Shown piece by piece: positions 17,304 through 25,107 of a stretch of 32,000 nt of DNA. The notes under the pieces are model-generated. The model was not told where the DNA came from. It worked only from the letters and a program-made list of their open reading frames with translations, and ran no database searches. Position 1 is the first letter of the stretch. Each line of letters opens with the position of its first letter. Source of the DNA: Vibrio tubiashii (GTDB taxonomy: Bacteria > Pseudomonadota > Gammaproteobacteria > Enterobacterales > Vibrionaceae); NCBI GenBank assembly GCA_000775715.1, contig JRWQ01000001.1, positions 616,923 to 648,922 on the forward strand. Reading direction: 5' to 3'. Position numbers and translations under genes: made by a program.

Positions 17304-18605
17304 ATGGATATTATGCACATTGGATTGGTTGCTGCACTCTGCGCCATGACCGCATTGATTGCCAACATGAGTGCCGCCGTCTTCCATGACGGCATCCGCC
17401 CTGTCTTGCCACAATTATTCGAAGGTAATATGACTCGCCGAGATGCGGGGTCTGTTGCGTTCGGTCTTTCTATTGGTTTCGTTGCTTCAGTGGGTATTTC
17501 ATTTACCTTATCGACTGGGCTACTTAACCCTTGGTTACTCTTTTTACCTACCGATATTCTTGGGGTTATGATTGGTAGCCGCATACTTGCGGCGCTCGCT
17601 GGTGGGTTATGGGGAGTGTTAGTTGTAACTTCTTTAGCCGGTGTGAATGCTGTTTTAACTGGCCTACCGATTGATGCTCTTGGCGCGCTTGGTGAACTCG
17701 GTACACCGGTAATGTCAGCCTTTGCACTCTTCCCTCTATTGGCCATTTTCTATCAGTTTGGCTGGAAAGCAGGGGCAATTGCAGCCGGTGTGATTTTGCT
17801 TTCTCGCTTAATGATCATCAAGTTCACAGGCATCTACCCAGAATCCATTCAAATCTTTGTCGGTATGCTAATGCTGGTTTTCTTTGCGGTTCGTAAAGAC
17901 TTAGCGGATCGTAAAGCAGGTATGCAGGCTCCAGATATGTCTGGCCTACACAGCATTTTCGAAGAACGAACCAAGCGTATTGTTAAACACTTACCTTTCT
18001 TGGCTGTGACAGGAGCACTGATTGCGGCGGTCTCCAACGGGGGTATTTTTGCCGGTTCCGAAGTTTCAATCTATTCACTTGCTGATGCACTAAAAATTGC
18101 TGATCCTGAAGCTCAAGATGCGGCCATGAAGCAAGTGGCGCTATCTGAGTTTATGCGTGGCTTAGGTTTTATTCCACTGATTGCTACTACAGCGCTCGCA
18201 ACCGGTGTTTATGGCGTGGTGGGCATGACCTTCGTGTTTGTCGTTGGCTATCTATCCCCCAATATGGCAGTCGCAGCAGCATTAGGTGCCGTCACTATTT
18301 GCCTAGAAGTTTATTTATTGCGTGGCATTGGCCGTTTCTTAGAACAGTTCCCTTCAATTCGGAACGCTTCAGACAATATTCGCAACTCAATGAACACGCT
18401 AATGGAGTTCGCACTTCTTATCGGTGGTGTTCTCGCTGTGATGAAAATGGGTTCCACCACAGGATTTACTATCTTTGCGATGTTGTTCTACCTCAACGAA
18501 GTTATGGGTCGCCCAGTATTGAAGATTGCAGCTCCAGCCGTAGCCGCCATTCTCACTGGTGTCATCTTAAACCTTCTTCACGTGGTTGGACTGTTCGCCA
18601 TCTAA
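17304..18605 (+). CDS. yhfT: YhfT-like polytopic inner-membrane protein (putative transporter)
   Basis: 433 aa (E. coli YhfT ~434 aa), highly hydrophobic and Gly/Ala-rich with roughly 10-12 predicted helices. AAGGAG RBS. Confidence 0.7.
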   Translation: MDIMHIGLVAALCAMTALIANMSAAVFHDGIRPVLPQLFEGNMTRRDAGSVAFGLSIGFVASVGISFTLSTGLLNPWLLFLPTDILGVMIGSRILAALAGGLWGVLVVTSLAGVNAVLTGLPIDALGALGELGTPVMSAFALFPLLAIFYQFGWKAGAIAAGVILLSRLMIIKFTGIYPESIQIFVGMLMLVFFAVRKDLADRKAGMQAPDMSGLHSIFEERTKRIVKHLPFLAVTGALIAAVSNGGIFAGSEVSIYSLADALKIADPEAQDAAMKQVALSEFMRGLGFIPLIATTALATGVYGVVGMTFVFVVGYLSPNMAVAAALGAVTICLEVYLLRGIGRFLEQFPSIRNASDNIRNSMNTLMEFALLIGGVLAVMKMGSTTGFTIFAMLFYLNEVMGRPVLKIAAPAVAAILTGVILNLLHVVGLFAI

Positions 18606-18726
18606 AAATAAATAGCCGAGCTGATCACTGGCTTAAATTACTCAATTAGATCAATTGGTATCGTTATTTAACCAGCGCTACAGAGATGTTAGTGCCGGAT
18701 CAGCTCATTCCTAAAAAGGGGAGAAA

Positions 18727-19908
18727 ATGTTTTTAAAAGCCTTAGAAAAGCAAAATCCCGACTTAGTACAAGCCGCGTTAAGCTTATTTAATCAAGGTTT
18801 ATTGATGCCGGATACAACCGTCATTGATGTAGACCAGTTTATTAACAACGCCCAAAATATACGCCAACAGGCAGATAGATATGGACTGAAATTATTTGCC
18901 ATGACCAAGCAAGTAGGTCGTAATCCTTTACTCGCTAAAATCCTAATCGAGCAATGTCAATTTGATGGAATTGTCTGTGTCGACTTTAAAGAGGCGCGAT
19001 TAATGGCAAAGTATGGGTTGCCAGTTGCGAATGTAGGTCATTTAGTCCAGCCTCCCACTAATATGATTGACAGCCTGATTAGAGAAATTCAGCCTCAGGT
19101 GATTACGGTTTACAGTCTCGATAAAGCCAAACAGATCTCAAATGCTGCACAGAAGTATCAGCGTCAACAAGGCCTGCTGCTGAAGTTCTATCACGAGCGC
19201 GATCAACTTTATACGAACCAAGAATCTGGTTTTCCAATCGAAGAGCTGGATGAGATTGTCGCAGAAATTGCAGCGATGCCAAACGTGCATATTGAGGGCG
19301 TCACCCATTTCCCTTGTTTTCTATATGATAAAAAAAGTCACAAAACCCAGCCTACGGCAAACTTAACTACCCTTATTGAGGCAAAGCAGAGGTTAGAGCA
19401 ACTGGGCGTGGAGTGCCGTCAAGTCAATGCGCCTTCAGCAACTTGTATTGAAACCTTACCGATACTAGCAGAGTTTGGTTGTACGCATGGTGAGCCTGGG
19501 CACGCATTGACTGGCACAGTGCCTGCCAATGCCACCACTATCCAAAGCGAAAAAATCGCGATGCTATACCTTAGTGAGGTGTCTCACCATTATGGTTCAG
19601 ACAGTTACTGCTTTGCTGGTGGTTACTATCGTAGGGGGAGTCTAGAGAACTGTTTGGTATTCGATAACGACAAGCGCTATCTCACCTGTATCTACAATGA
19701 TGATCGCGATAGCATCGATTATCATCTGCGTATATCTGGATTGTTTCCTATCGGCTCACCAGTAATCATGGCGTATCGCACTCAAGTCTTTGTCACCAGA
19801 AGTGATGTTGCTTTAGTCTCCGGAATTAGCAGTGGCAAGCCACATCTTATGGCCGTTTATGACGCATTGGGAAATCCACTTAACACCAGTGAGGTGCATC
19901 ATGGCTAG
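18727..19908 (+). CDS. yhfX: YhfX-like fold-type III PLP enzyme (alanine-racemase N-terminal domain family)
   Basis: 393 aa (E. coli YhfX ~387 aa). The N-terminal barrel segment has a candidate PLP lysine in LFAMTKQVGRNP. GGGGAG RBS. The 3' end overlaps the yhfW start by 8 nt. Confidence 0.7.
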   Translation: MFLKALEKQNPDLVQAALSLFNQGLLMPDTTVIDVDQFINNAQNIRQQADRYGLKLFAMTKQVGRNPLLAKILIEQCQFDGIVCVDFKEARLMAKYGLPVANVGHLVQPPTNMIDSLIREIQPQVITVYSLDKAKQISNAAQKYQRQQGLLLKFYHERDQLYTNQESGFPIEELDEIVAEIAAMPNVHIEGVTHFPCFLYDKKSHKTQPTANLTTLIEAKQRLEQLGVECRQVNAPSATCIETLPILAEFGCTHGEPGHALTGTVPANATTIQSEKIAMLYLSEVSHHYGSDSYCFAGGYYRRGSLENCLVFDNDKRYLTCIYNDDRDSIDYHLRISGLFPIGSPVIMAYRTQVFVTRSDVALVSGISSGKPHLMAVYDALGNPLNTSEVHHG

Positions 19909-21145
19909 ATTTATTGTCGTGGTTCTTGATGGCTTTGGCGTAGGTGAAATGCCGGATGTGCCTCAAGTGAGACCACAAGACTGTGGTGCAAACACTGCCA
20001 ACAAATTGCTGTCTCACTTTGCTCTCAAACGACTACCCACTCTGGAAAAATTGGGGCTACAGAATGTGGTCGGTAACTCTGAGTCACTGATGAAGCCCAA
20101 CCCAGATGCCAATACAGGTTCAGCTTGGCTTGCTCATGAAGGTGGAGACACGTTTATGGGACACCAAGAAATCATGGGCACAAAGCCAAAGCCACCATTA
20201 GTTCAACCCTTTCAACAAGCGCTGGCAAAGATTGAGTCAGCAGTGATCGAGACAGGTTATCACGTTGAAAGAATTACCCAGCAAGGGTTGTCATTGCTGC
20301 AAATTGAACACGGAGTCATTGTCGGCGATAACTTAGAGGCAGATTTAGGACAAGTCTATAACTTAACATGCAATTTCAATGTAGTGCCGTTTGAAAAACT
20401 GCTTGAGATTGCCAGTGTCGTGCGGGCCAATAACCCAGTAAGTCGCAATATCGCTTTTGGTGGCAATATTGAGTCAGAGAACGGCATACCTAGTATGCAA
20501 CGCGTCTATAACGCTATTGAAGTAAAAAACGACCACCAAGGGCAACCCACTTATATTGGTATCAACGCACCAGATAGCGGCGCGTATGAGTGTGGTTTTC
20601 AAGTGGCTCACTTAGGCTTCGGTGTGGATGCACTGACTCAGGCACCTTATCTGCTCCATCAACAAGGTATTAAAACCTGGTTATATGGCAAAGTCGCAGA
20701 CATCGTGCAAAATCCTAATGGTCAATCCTACTTGTCGGTTGTGGATACCGATGCAGTATTTCGCTTGCTAACCCAAGATTTAGCCACGCAAACGCAAGGG
20801 TTCTTCTGCGCCAATGTACAAGAAACGGACCTTTCTGGGCACCAGCAAGATCCCAAACAGTATTGGCGTGTTCTTGAACGAGCAGATAGAGGGTTGAGCC
20901 AAGTGATCGAAAAAATGGCCGAGCAAGACGTGCTCATCGTTATGGCTGATCATGGTAATGATCCGTTTATTGGCCACACCAAACATACAAGGGAGAAAGT
21001 ACCACTCCTGGCGATGAAAAAAGGTCGTCAAGCCCTCGCTCTCGGTGAGCGTGAAACATTGTCAGATGTAGGAGCGACGGTCTGCAACTTTTTTGCCGCA
21101 CAGGCACCAGAAAACGGATCACCTATTACCAGTTTGTTAAACTAG
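19901..21145 (+). CDS. yhfW: YhfW-like phosphomutase (phosphopentomutase/alkaline-phosphatase superfamily)
   Basis: Start taken at ATG 19901 (MARFIVVVLDGFGVGEMPD, GTGAGG RBS) rather than 19832. Metal and nucleophile motifs resemble DeoB: VLDGFG.G, GGDTFMGHQEIMG, ETDLSGHQQD, MADHGNDP..GHT.HTREKVPLL. Confidence 0.75.
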   Translation: MARFIVVVLDGFGVGEMPDVPQVRPQDCGANTANKLLSHFALKRLPTLEKLGLQNVVGNSESLMKPNPDANTGSAWLAHEGGDTFMGHQEIMGTKPKPPLVQPFQQALAKIESAVIETGYHVERITQQGLSLLQIEHGVIVGDNLEADLGQVYNLTCNFNVVPFEKLLEIASVVRANNPVSRNIAFGGNIESENGIPSMQRVYNAIEVKNDHQGQPTYIGINAPDSGAYECGFQVAHLGFGVDALTQAPYLLHQQGIKTWLYGKVADIVQNPNGQSYLSVVDTDAVFRLLTQDLATQTQGFFCANVQETDLSGHQQDPKQYWRVLERADRGLSQVIEKMAEQDVLIVMADHGNDPFIGHTKHTREKVPLLAMKKGRQALALGERETLSDVGATVCNFFAAQAPENGSPITSLLN

Positions 21146-21200
21146 TTTTAAGCCTAAACAGAGTTAATTCAAGATATTATGATTCTTGTTTAGTTGTTAT

Positions 21201-21240
21201 AGCCTCCTAGTCTCCCCCCTGCGCTAAGAGGCTTTTCTTT
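21201..21240 (+). terminator. Probable rho-independent terminator of the yhf cluster
   Basis: AGCCTCCTAG (21201-21210) pairs with CTAAGAGGCT (21224-21233) at 9 of 10 positions, 13-nt loop, followed by TTTCTTT. Confidence 0.5.
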
Positions 21241-21308
21241 ACGCTGCGCTATCGCGACTCGATAAAGTCGATGCAATCTTTAATGATTATCTATAACGGT
21301 TTGCATAA
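21241..21308 (+). pseudogene. Remnant of a glycerophosphodiester phosphodiesterase (ugpQ-like) 3' end
   Basis: 21258-21308 aligns without gaps to the ugpQ 3' end at 14609-14659 with 40/51 identities (31/34 over the first 34 nt). It translates in frame as LDKVDAIFNDYL* against LDKVDAIFSDYPERFL*. There is no upstream ORF, because a TAA lies in frame at 21225-21227. Confidence 0.7.
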
Positions 21309-21410
21309 GGTAAAAGCGATAGAGTTGCTCTTCTTAGCTATCAACCGAGTAACACTGAAAGCAAAAGTGTTATAAATCAGTCGGCAATTGAGGAGGAAGG
21401 GCTAAAGACA

Positions 21411-21935
21411 TTAGTCCTGATTTAAAGCTTGTAGCTGGCTATTGTTATTGTTCGATTGATACAAGCGATATATGGTCAGTAAGTTGGTGATGATAAAGGT
21501 ACTCTCGACCAATGAACCCCCGATCGACCCAAGCCAAATATTGTGGCTCACCCAACAAAAAGAATTGAACAGAATTAAGCTGCGAAGTGTGATACCTCGT
21601 TTGGAAAAGAGTGCCCAAGTGGCGACGGACGATCCTATCACCGTGAGGAGCTCAAAAAAGTGAGTGATGTTTGGTAGGGTCATTAGCCACATTAGCGCAA
21701 TGAAGAACCACATCACTTTGCGTGATTGGGTTTTGATTGAGGCGAAGCTGCGAATGCCATTAATGATCACGCCAATGGCAGCGACGGTTGCACCCATTAG
21801 GGTAAAGTGAATCCCCATGATGAAACAAAACGCCATCATCTGATAGCGAAAGCGCATATCATCTTTCTGCCAGAATGCCATCACGCCAACCATAAACGCG
21901 ATGCCACCAACGCCTTGTGCTAACCAGTTTTCCAT
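21411..21935 (-). CDS. ygjV: YgjV-like inner membrane protein
   Basis: 174 aa with about 5-6 TM segments. The N-terminus WLAQGVG.IAF..G...F...D.R.F..Q resembles E. coli YgjV, which also neighbours hexuronate genes (uxaCA). Confidence 0.55.
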   Translation of the reverse strand: MENWLAQGVGGIAFMVGVMAFWQKDDMRFRYQMMAFCFIMGIHFTLMGATVAAIGVIINGIRSFASIKTQSRKVMWFFIALMWLMTLPNITHFFELLTVIGSSVATWALFSKRGITLRSLILFNSFCWVSHNIWLGSIGGSLVESTFIITNLLTIYRLYQSNNNNSQLQALNQD

Positions 21936-21982
21936 TTTTCCCCTAGAGTGTTGTTTTTTGAGCCAAGCTTTGAACGAATCAA

Positions 21983-22000
21983 CCCTCCATATAGGGAGGG
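21983..22000 (-). terminator. Possible terminator of the kdgK-eda transcript
   Basis: On the minus strand, CCCTCC-CTATAT-GGAGGG followed by TTGATTCGTT, 63 nt after the eda stop. The stem is short and the U-tract imperfect. Confidence 0.35.
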
Positions 22001-22062
22001 CTGGGCACCATATCTAATTCGCTAAGGGATTACCCAAGAGCCTTGAGGCTACTTACGAATCA

Positions 22063-22692
22063 TTACTCATTTACAAGCGCTACTGCTTCGCGAGTTAGGC
22101 GTGCAAGCTCTTCCCAGTTGCCTGCTTCGATAAGTTTCTTGTCTACCATCCACGTACCACCACATGCCAATACACGCGGGATAGCTAGATAATCTTTGAT
22201 GTTCGCAGGGTTAATGCCACCAGTAGGCATTAGTTCGATGTTAGTGTATGGCGCGAGCAGAGATTTCACCATGTTGATGCCGCCAGAAGCTTCGGCGGGG
22301 AAGAACTTCAAGGTGGTTAATCCCATTTCCAGTGCGGCTTCAACTGTGCTTGGGTTGTTTACACCCGGTACGATATCAATTCCGATCGCTTGGCACGCTT
22401 TAACGGTATTTGGGTTAAAGCCAGGCGAAACGATAAAGGTTGCGCCTGCTTCTTTTGCTGCAAGTGCTTGCTCGCGGTTCAACACCGTTCCTGCGCCAAT
22501 CAGCATGTCTGGTTGGCTTTCACGCAGTAGACGAATCGCTTCTACAGCGGCTGCGGAACGGAAGGTGATCTCAGCCGCTGGGAGTCCGTTTTCTGCCAGT
22601 ACTTTACCCAGTGGGACAATGTCTTCTGCTTTATCTATGGCGATAACAGGGATGACTTTCAGAGCTTTCAATTGTTCTTTAATACTAGACAT
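22063..22692 (-). CDS. eda: 2-dehydro-3-deoxy-6-phosphogluconate (KDPG) / KHG aldolase
   Basis: 209 aa. PV....... E.....LV.GG......EIT.R, GAGTV, F.VSPG, and the Schiff-base region LKFFPAE..GG typical of Eda. AAGGAA RBS. Confidence 0.9.
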   Translation of the reverse strand: MSSIKEQLKALKVIPVIAIDKAEDIVPLGKVLAENGLPAAEITFRSAAAVEAIRLLRESQPDMLIGAGTVLNREQALAAKEAGATFIVSPGFNPNTVKACQAIGIDIVPGVNNPSTVEAALEMGLTTLKFFPAEASGGINMVKSLLAPYTNIELMPTGGINPANIKDYLAIPRVLACGGTWMVDKKLIEAGNWEELARLTREAVALVNE

Positions 22693-22701
22693 GAGTGTTC
22701 C

Positions 22702-23679
22702 TTAAACGACGTCAAGCGCCGGTTGTGTGAATGCTTTGGGAATGATGGCACCGCGATGTTGAATCACAGCACCTGCCAGTGCGTTACCTCTTTGACATGA
22801 GGTCGCGAGATCGGCGCCAGCAAGGTATGCCGATAAAAAGCCACCATTGAATGAGTCGCCCGCCGATGTGGTATCCACCACTTGAGCGACAGGTTGGGTT
22901 GGCACGGCTTGTGGAGCCAAAGCCGCGCTCGAATCCTGATTTGTTGAGTTTTGAACTAAGCAGCCATCTGAACCAAGTTTGACGATGCATTTGCCCACGC
23001 CAAGAGAGGTAAGGCGTTCAATGGTTTGCTCTGGAGTTTCGTCGCCCCAGATCAATTGCTCATCATCAAAAGTCACCAAGGCGACGTCCGTCAGTTGATA
23101 AATGGCTTGGTAAACGTTTTTGACGGTTTGATTATCGTCTTGAGGCCATAACGCTGGGCGGAAGTTACTATCAAATGCGATTTCAACGCCTTGGGCTTTA
23201 AGCTCGACCAATAGGTTGAGCAGTGAAATTCGGTCTTCTTCTGGCAAGATGGCTAGAGAGATACCGCTGAGAAACACCGCATCCACATGAGTTAATGCTT
23301 GCTTAACCAGACCAAAGTTAGGGTGTTGAAGTAAGTGACGTGCTGCTGATTGATTGCGCCAATATAGAAACGTACGCTCGCCTTGATCATCAAGCTGAAT
23401 CAAGTACAAGCCCGGCGTGCGAGTTTCATCGCGTAGCACCAAATCTGTTGAGACGCCTTCGTCTTCCCAGCGAGTTAGCATGCCCGAGCTGATTGGGTCA
23501 TTGCCAAGCGCCGTAACGTAAGAGACTTTAACTTCATCAGGTTTGCTATTGGCTTCGCAGCCGCGGCTCAAATAAACCGCAGCGTTGAGCGTATCCCCAC
23601 CAAATGTTTGATGCATTGAGCCGAACGGTTTTCCATTTAGCTCAATCATACATTCACCAATAATGGCGATGTGCTTCAT
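22702..23679 (-). CDS. kdgK: 2-dehydro-3-deoxygluconokinase (PfkB/ribokinase family)
   Basis: 325 aa. GGDTLN near the N-terminus and the C-terminal DTTSAGDSFNGGF PfkB signature. Located between uxaC and eda. Confidence 0.85.
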   Translation of the reverse strand: MKHIAIIGECMIELNGKPFGSMHQTFGGDTLNAAVYLSRGCEANSKPDEVKVSYVTALGNDPISSGMLTRWEDEGVSTDLVLRDETRTPGLYLIQLDDQGERTFLYWRNQSAARHLLQHPNFGLVKQALTHVDAVFLSGISLAILPEEDRISLLNLLVELKAQGVEIAFDSNFRPALWPQDDNQTVKNVYQAIYQLTDVALVTFDDEQLIWGDETPEQTIERLTSLGVGKCIVKLGSDGCLVQNSTNQDSSAALAPQAVPTQPVAQVVDTTSAGDSFNGGFLSAYLAGADLATSCQRGNALAGAVIQHRGAIIPKAFTQPALDVV

Positions 23680-23682
23680 TGG

Positions 23683-25095
23683 TTACGCCCTCTCTTCAAA
23701 GTAGCGTTTTGCGTTACCAAAACAGATGTCTTCAACCATAGGACCAAGCAACGATAGGTCATTTGGAATTTCGCCGTTCTCTGCCCAACGACCGACCATG
23801 TCACACAAGATGCGGCGGAAGTATTCGTGACGGGTGTAAGACAAGAAGCTGCGCGAGTCCGTTAGCATACCGACGAATTGGCTGAGCAAACCAAGTTGAG
23901 AAAGTTGCTCCATTTGGCGTTGCATGCCGTCTTTCTGGTCGTTGAACCACCAACCTGAACCAAACTGCACTTTGCCCGCGATACCGCCACCTTGGAAGTT
24001 TCCAATCATGGTCGCCATCATTTCGTTATCACGAGGGTTCAAACAGTAAAGAATGGTGCGAGGCAGTTCGTTGGTTTGGTCCATTTCATCCAACAGGTGT
24101 GCCAGTTCAAAGGCAAATGGGCGATCGCCAATCGAGTCAAAGCCAGCATCGGCACCTAACAGTTGGAACATGCGTGTGCTGTTGTTGCGCTGCGCGCCAA
24201 TATGAAGCTGCATGACCCAGCCCAATTTCGCGTAGCGTTTGCCGAGCCAAACTTGAACTGCGGTAGAGAACTGCGCACATTCAAGATCTGACAATACTTC
24301 GCCATTCAAACGACGGGTCAGCAACGCATCTAAATCAGCCTCGCTTGGGATCGGTGCGTAACGGACGATCTCAATGCCGTGGTCTGCTGCACGACATCCA
24401 TGTGCATCGAAGTGTGCCAAACGTTTATCAAGCGCACTCAATAAATCATCAAAGCGGCGAATTTCAATGTCTGCTATTTCACCCAATTTGTGGATGTAAT
24501 CCGCAAACACGTCCAATTCAATCTTGAACGCTTTATCCGGACGCCAGCTCGGCAGCACTTTAACGTTAAATGTGTCGTCTTCTGCGATCGCTTTGTGGTG
24601 CTCTAGTGAATCGATAGGATCATCGGTTGTGCCCGCCATGACGACGTTCATTTGCTGCATGATGCCACGAGCCGTAAATTCAGGTGTCGCCAGTAGCTCA
24701 TTACATTGATGCCAAATTTGGTCAGCGGTGTCTGGGCTAAACAGCGTATTGGTAAGGCCGAATGGGCGACGCAGTTCTAAGTGCGTCCAGTGGTAAAGCG
24801 GGTTGCCCAAGGTTTGAGGAACCGTCTTCGCCCACGCCATGTATTTGTCGTAATCGCTCGCGTCACCCGTAATCAAATTCTCTTCAATGCCTGCCGAGCG
24901 CATGCCACGCCATTTGTAGTGATCGCCTTCAAGCCAGATTTGACTCAAGTTATCGAACTGACGATTTTGCGCCACTTCCGCTGGGTTTAGATGGCAGTGG
25001 TAATCATAAATTGGCTGGTGGAACGCATGCTCATGGTACAAGCGACATGCAGTTTCGTTTGAGAGTAAAAAGTCTTCACACAAGAAATTCTTCAT
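23683..25095 (-). CDS. uxaC: Glucuronate (uronate) isomerase
   Basis: 470 aa, the same length as E. coli UxaC. F..EDFLL....A..LYH......PI.DYHCHL start and the WWFND region. AGGAG RBS. Confidence 0.92.
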   Translation of the reverse strand: MKNFLCEDFLLSNETACRLYHEHAFHQPIYDYHCHLNPAEVAQNRQFDNLSQIWLEGDHYKWRGMRSAGIEENLITGDASDYDKYMAWAKTVPQTLGNPLYHWTHLELRRPFGLTNTLFSPDTADQIWHQCNELLATPEFTARGIMQQMNVVMAGTTDDPIDSLEHHKAIAEDDTFNVKVLPSWRPDKAFKIELDVFADYIHKLGEIADIEIRRFDDLLSALDKRLAHFDAHGCRAADHGIEIVRYAPIPSEADLDALLTRRLNGEVLSDLECAQFSTAVQVWLGKRYAKLGWVMQLHIGAQRNNSTRMFQLLGADAGFDSIGDRPFAFELAHLLDEMDQTNELPRTILYCLNPRDNEMMATMIGNFQGGGIAGKVQFGSGWWFNDQKDGMQRQMEQLSQLGLLSQFVGMLTDSRSFLSYTRHEYFRRILCDMVGRWAENGEIPNDLSLLGPMVEDICFGNAKRYFEERA

Positions 25096-25107
25096 CGTTA
25101 ACTCCTA

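Noticed and set aside
18653-18661. AATTGGTAT in the yhfT-yhfX gap resembling an ExuR/UxuR half-site.
   Set aside because: Only the left half matches. The expected ACCAA partner is absent (CGTTATTT follows), so this is probably chance.
21154-21193. Inverted repeat CTAAACA...TGTTTAG after yhfW, and AACACT-N9-AGTGTT at 21351-21371, as terminators.
   Set aside because: The stems are short and AT-rich with long loops and no convincing U-tracts. The hairpin at 21201-21240 is the better terminator candidate.
14660-21240. Compositional (GC) anomaly of the yhf island as evidence of horizontal transfer.
   Set aside because: My hand counts of 120-nt samples were inconsistent: 43/120 G+C at the yhfX start, 61/120 at the yhfT start and 56/120 at the uxaC 3' end. 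No reliable island-wide skew can be claimed without a proper sliding-window calculation.
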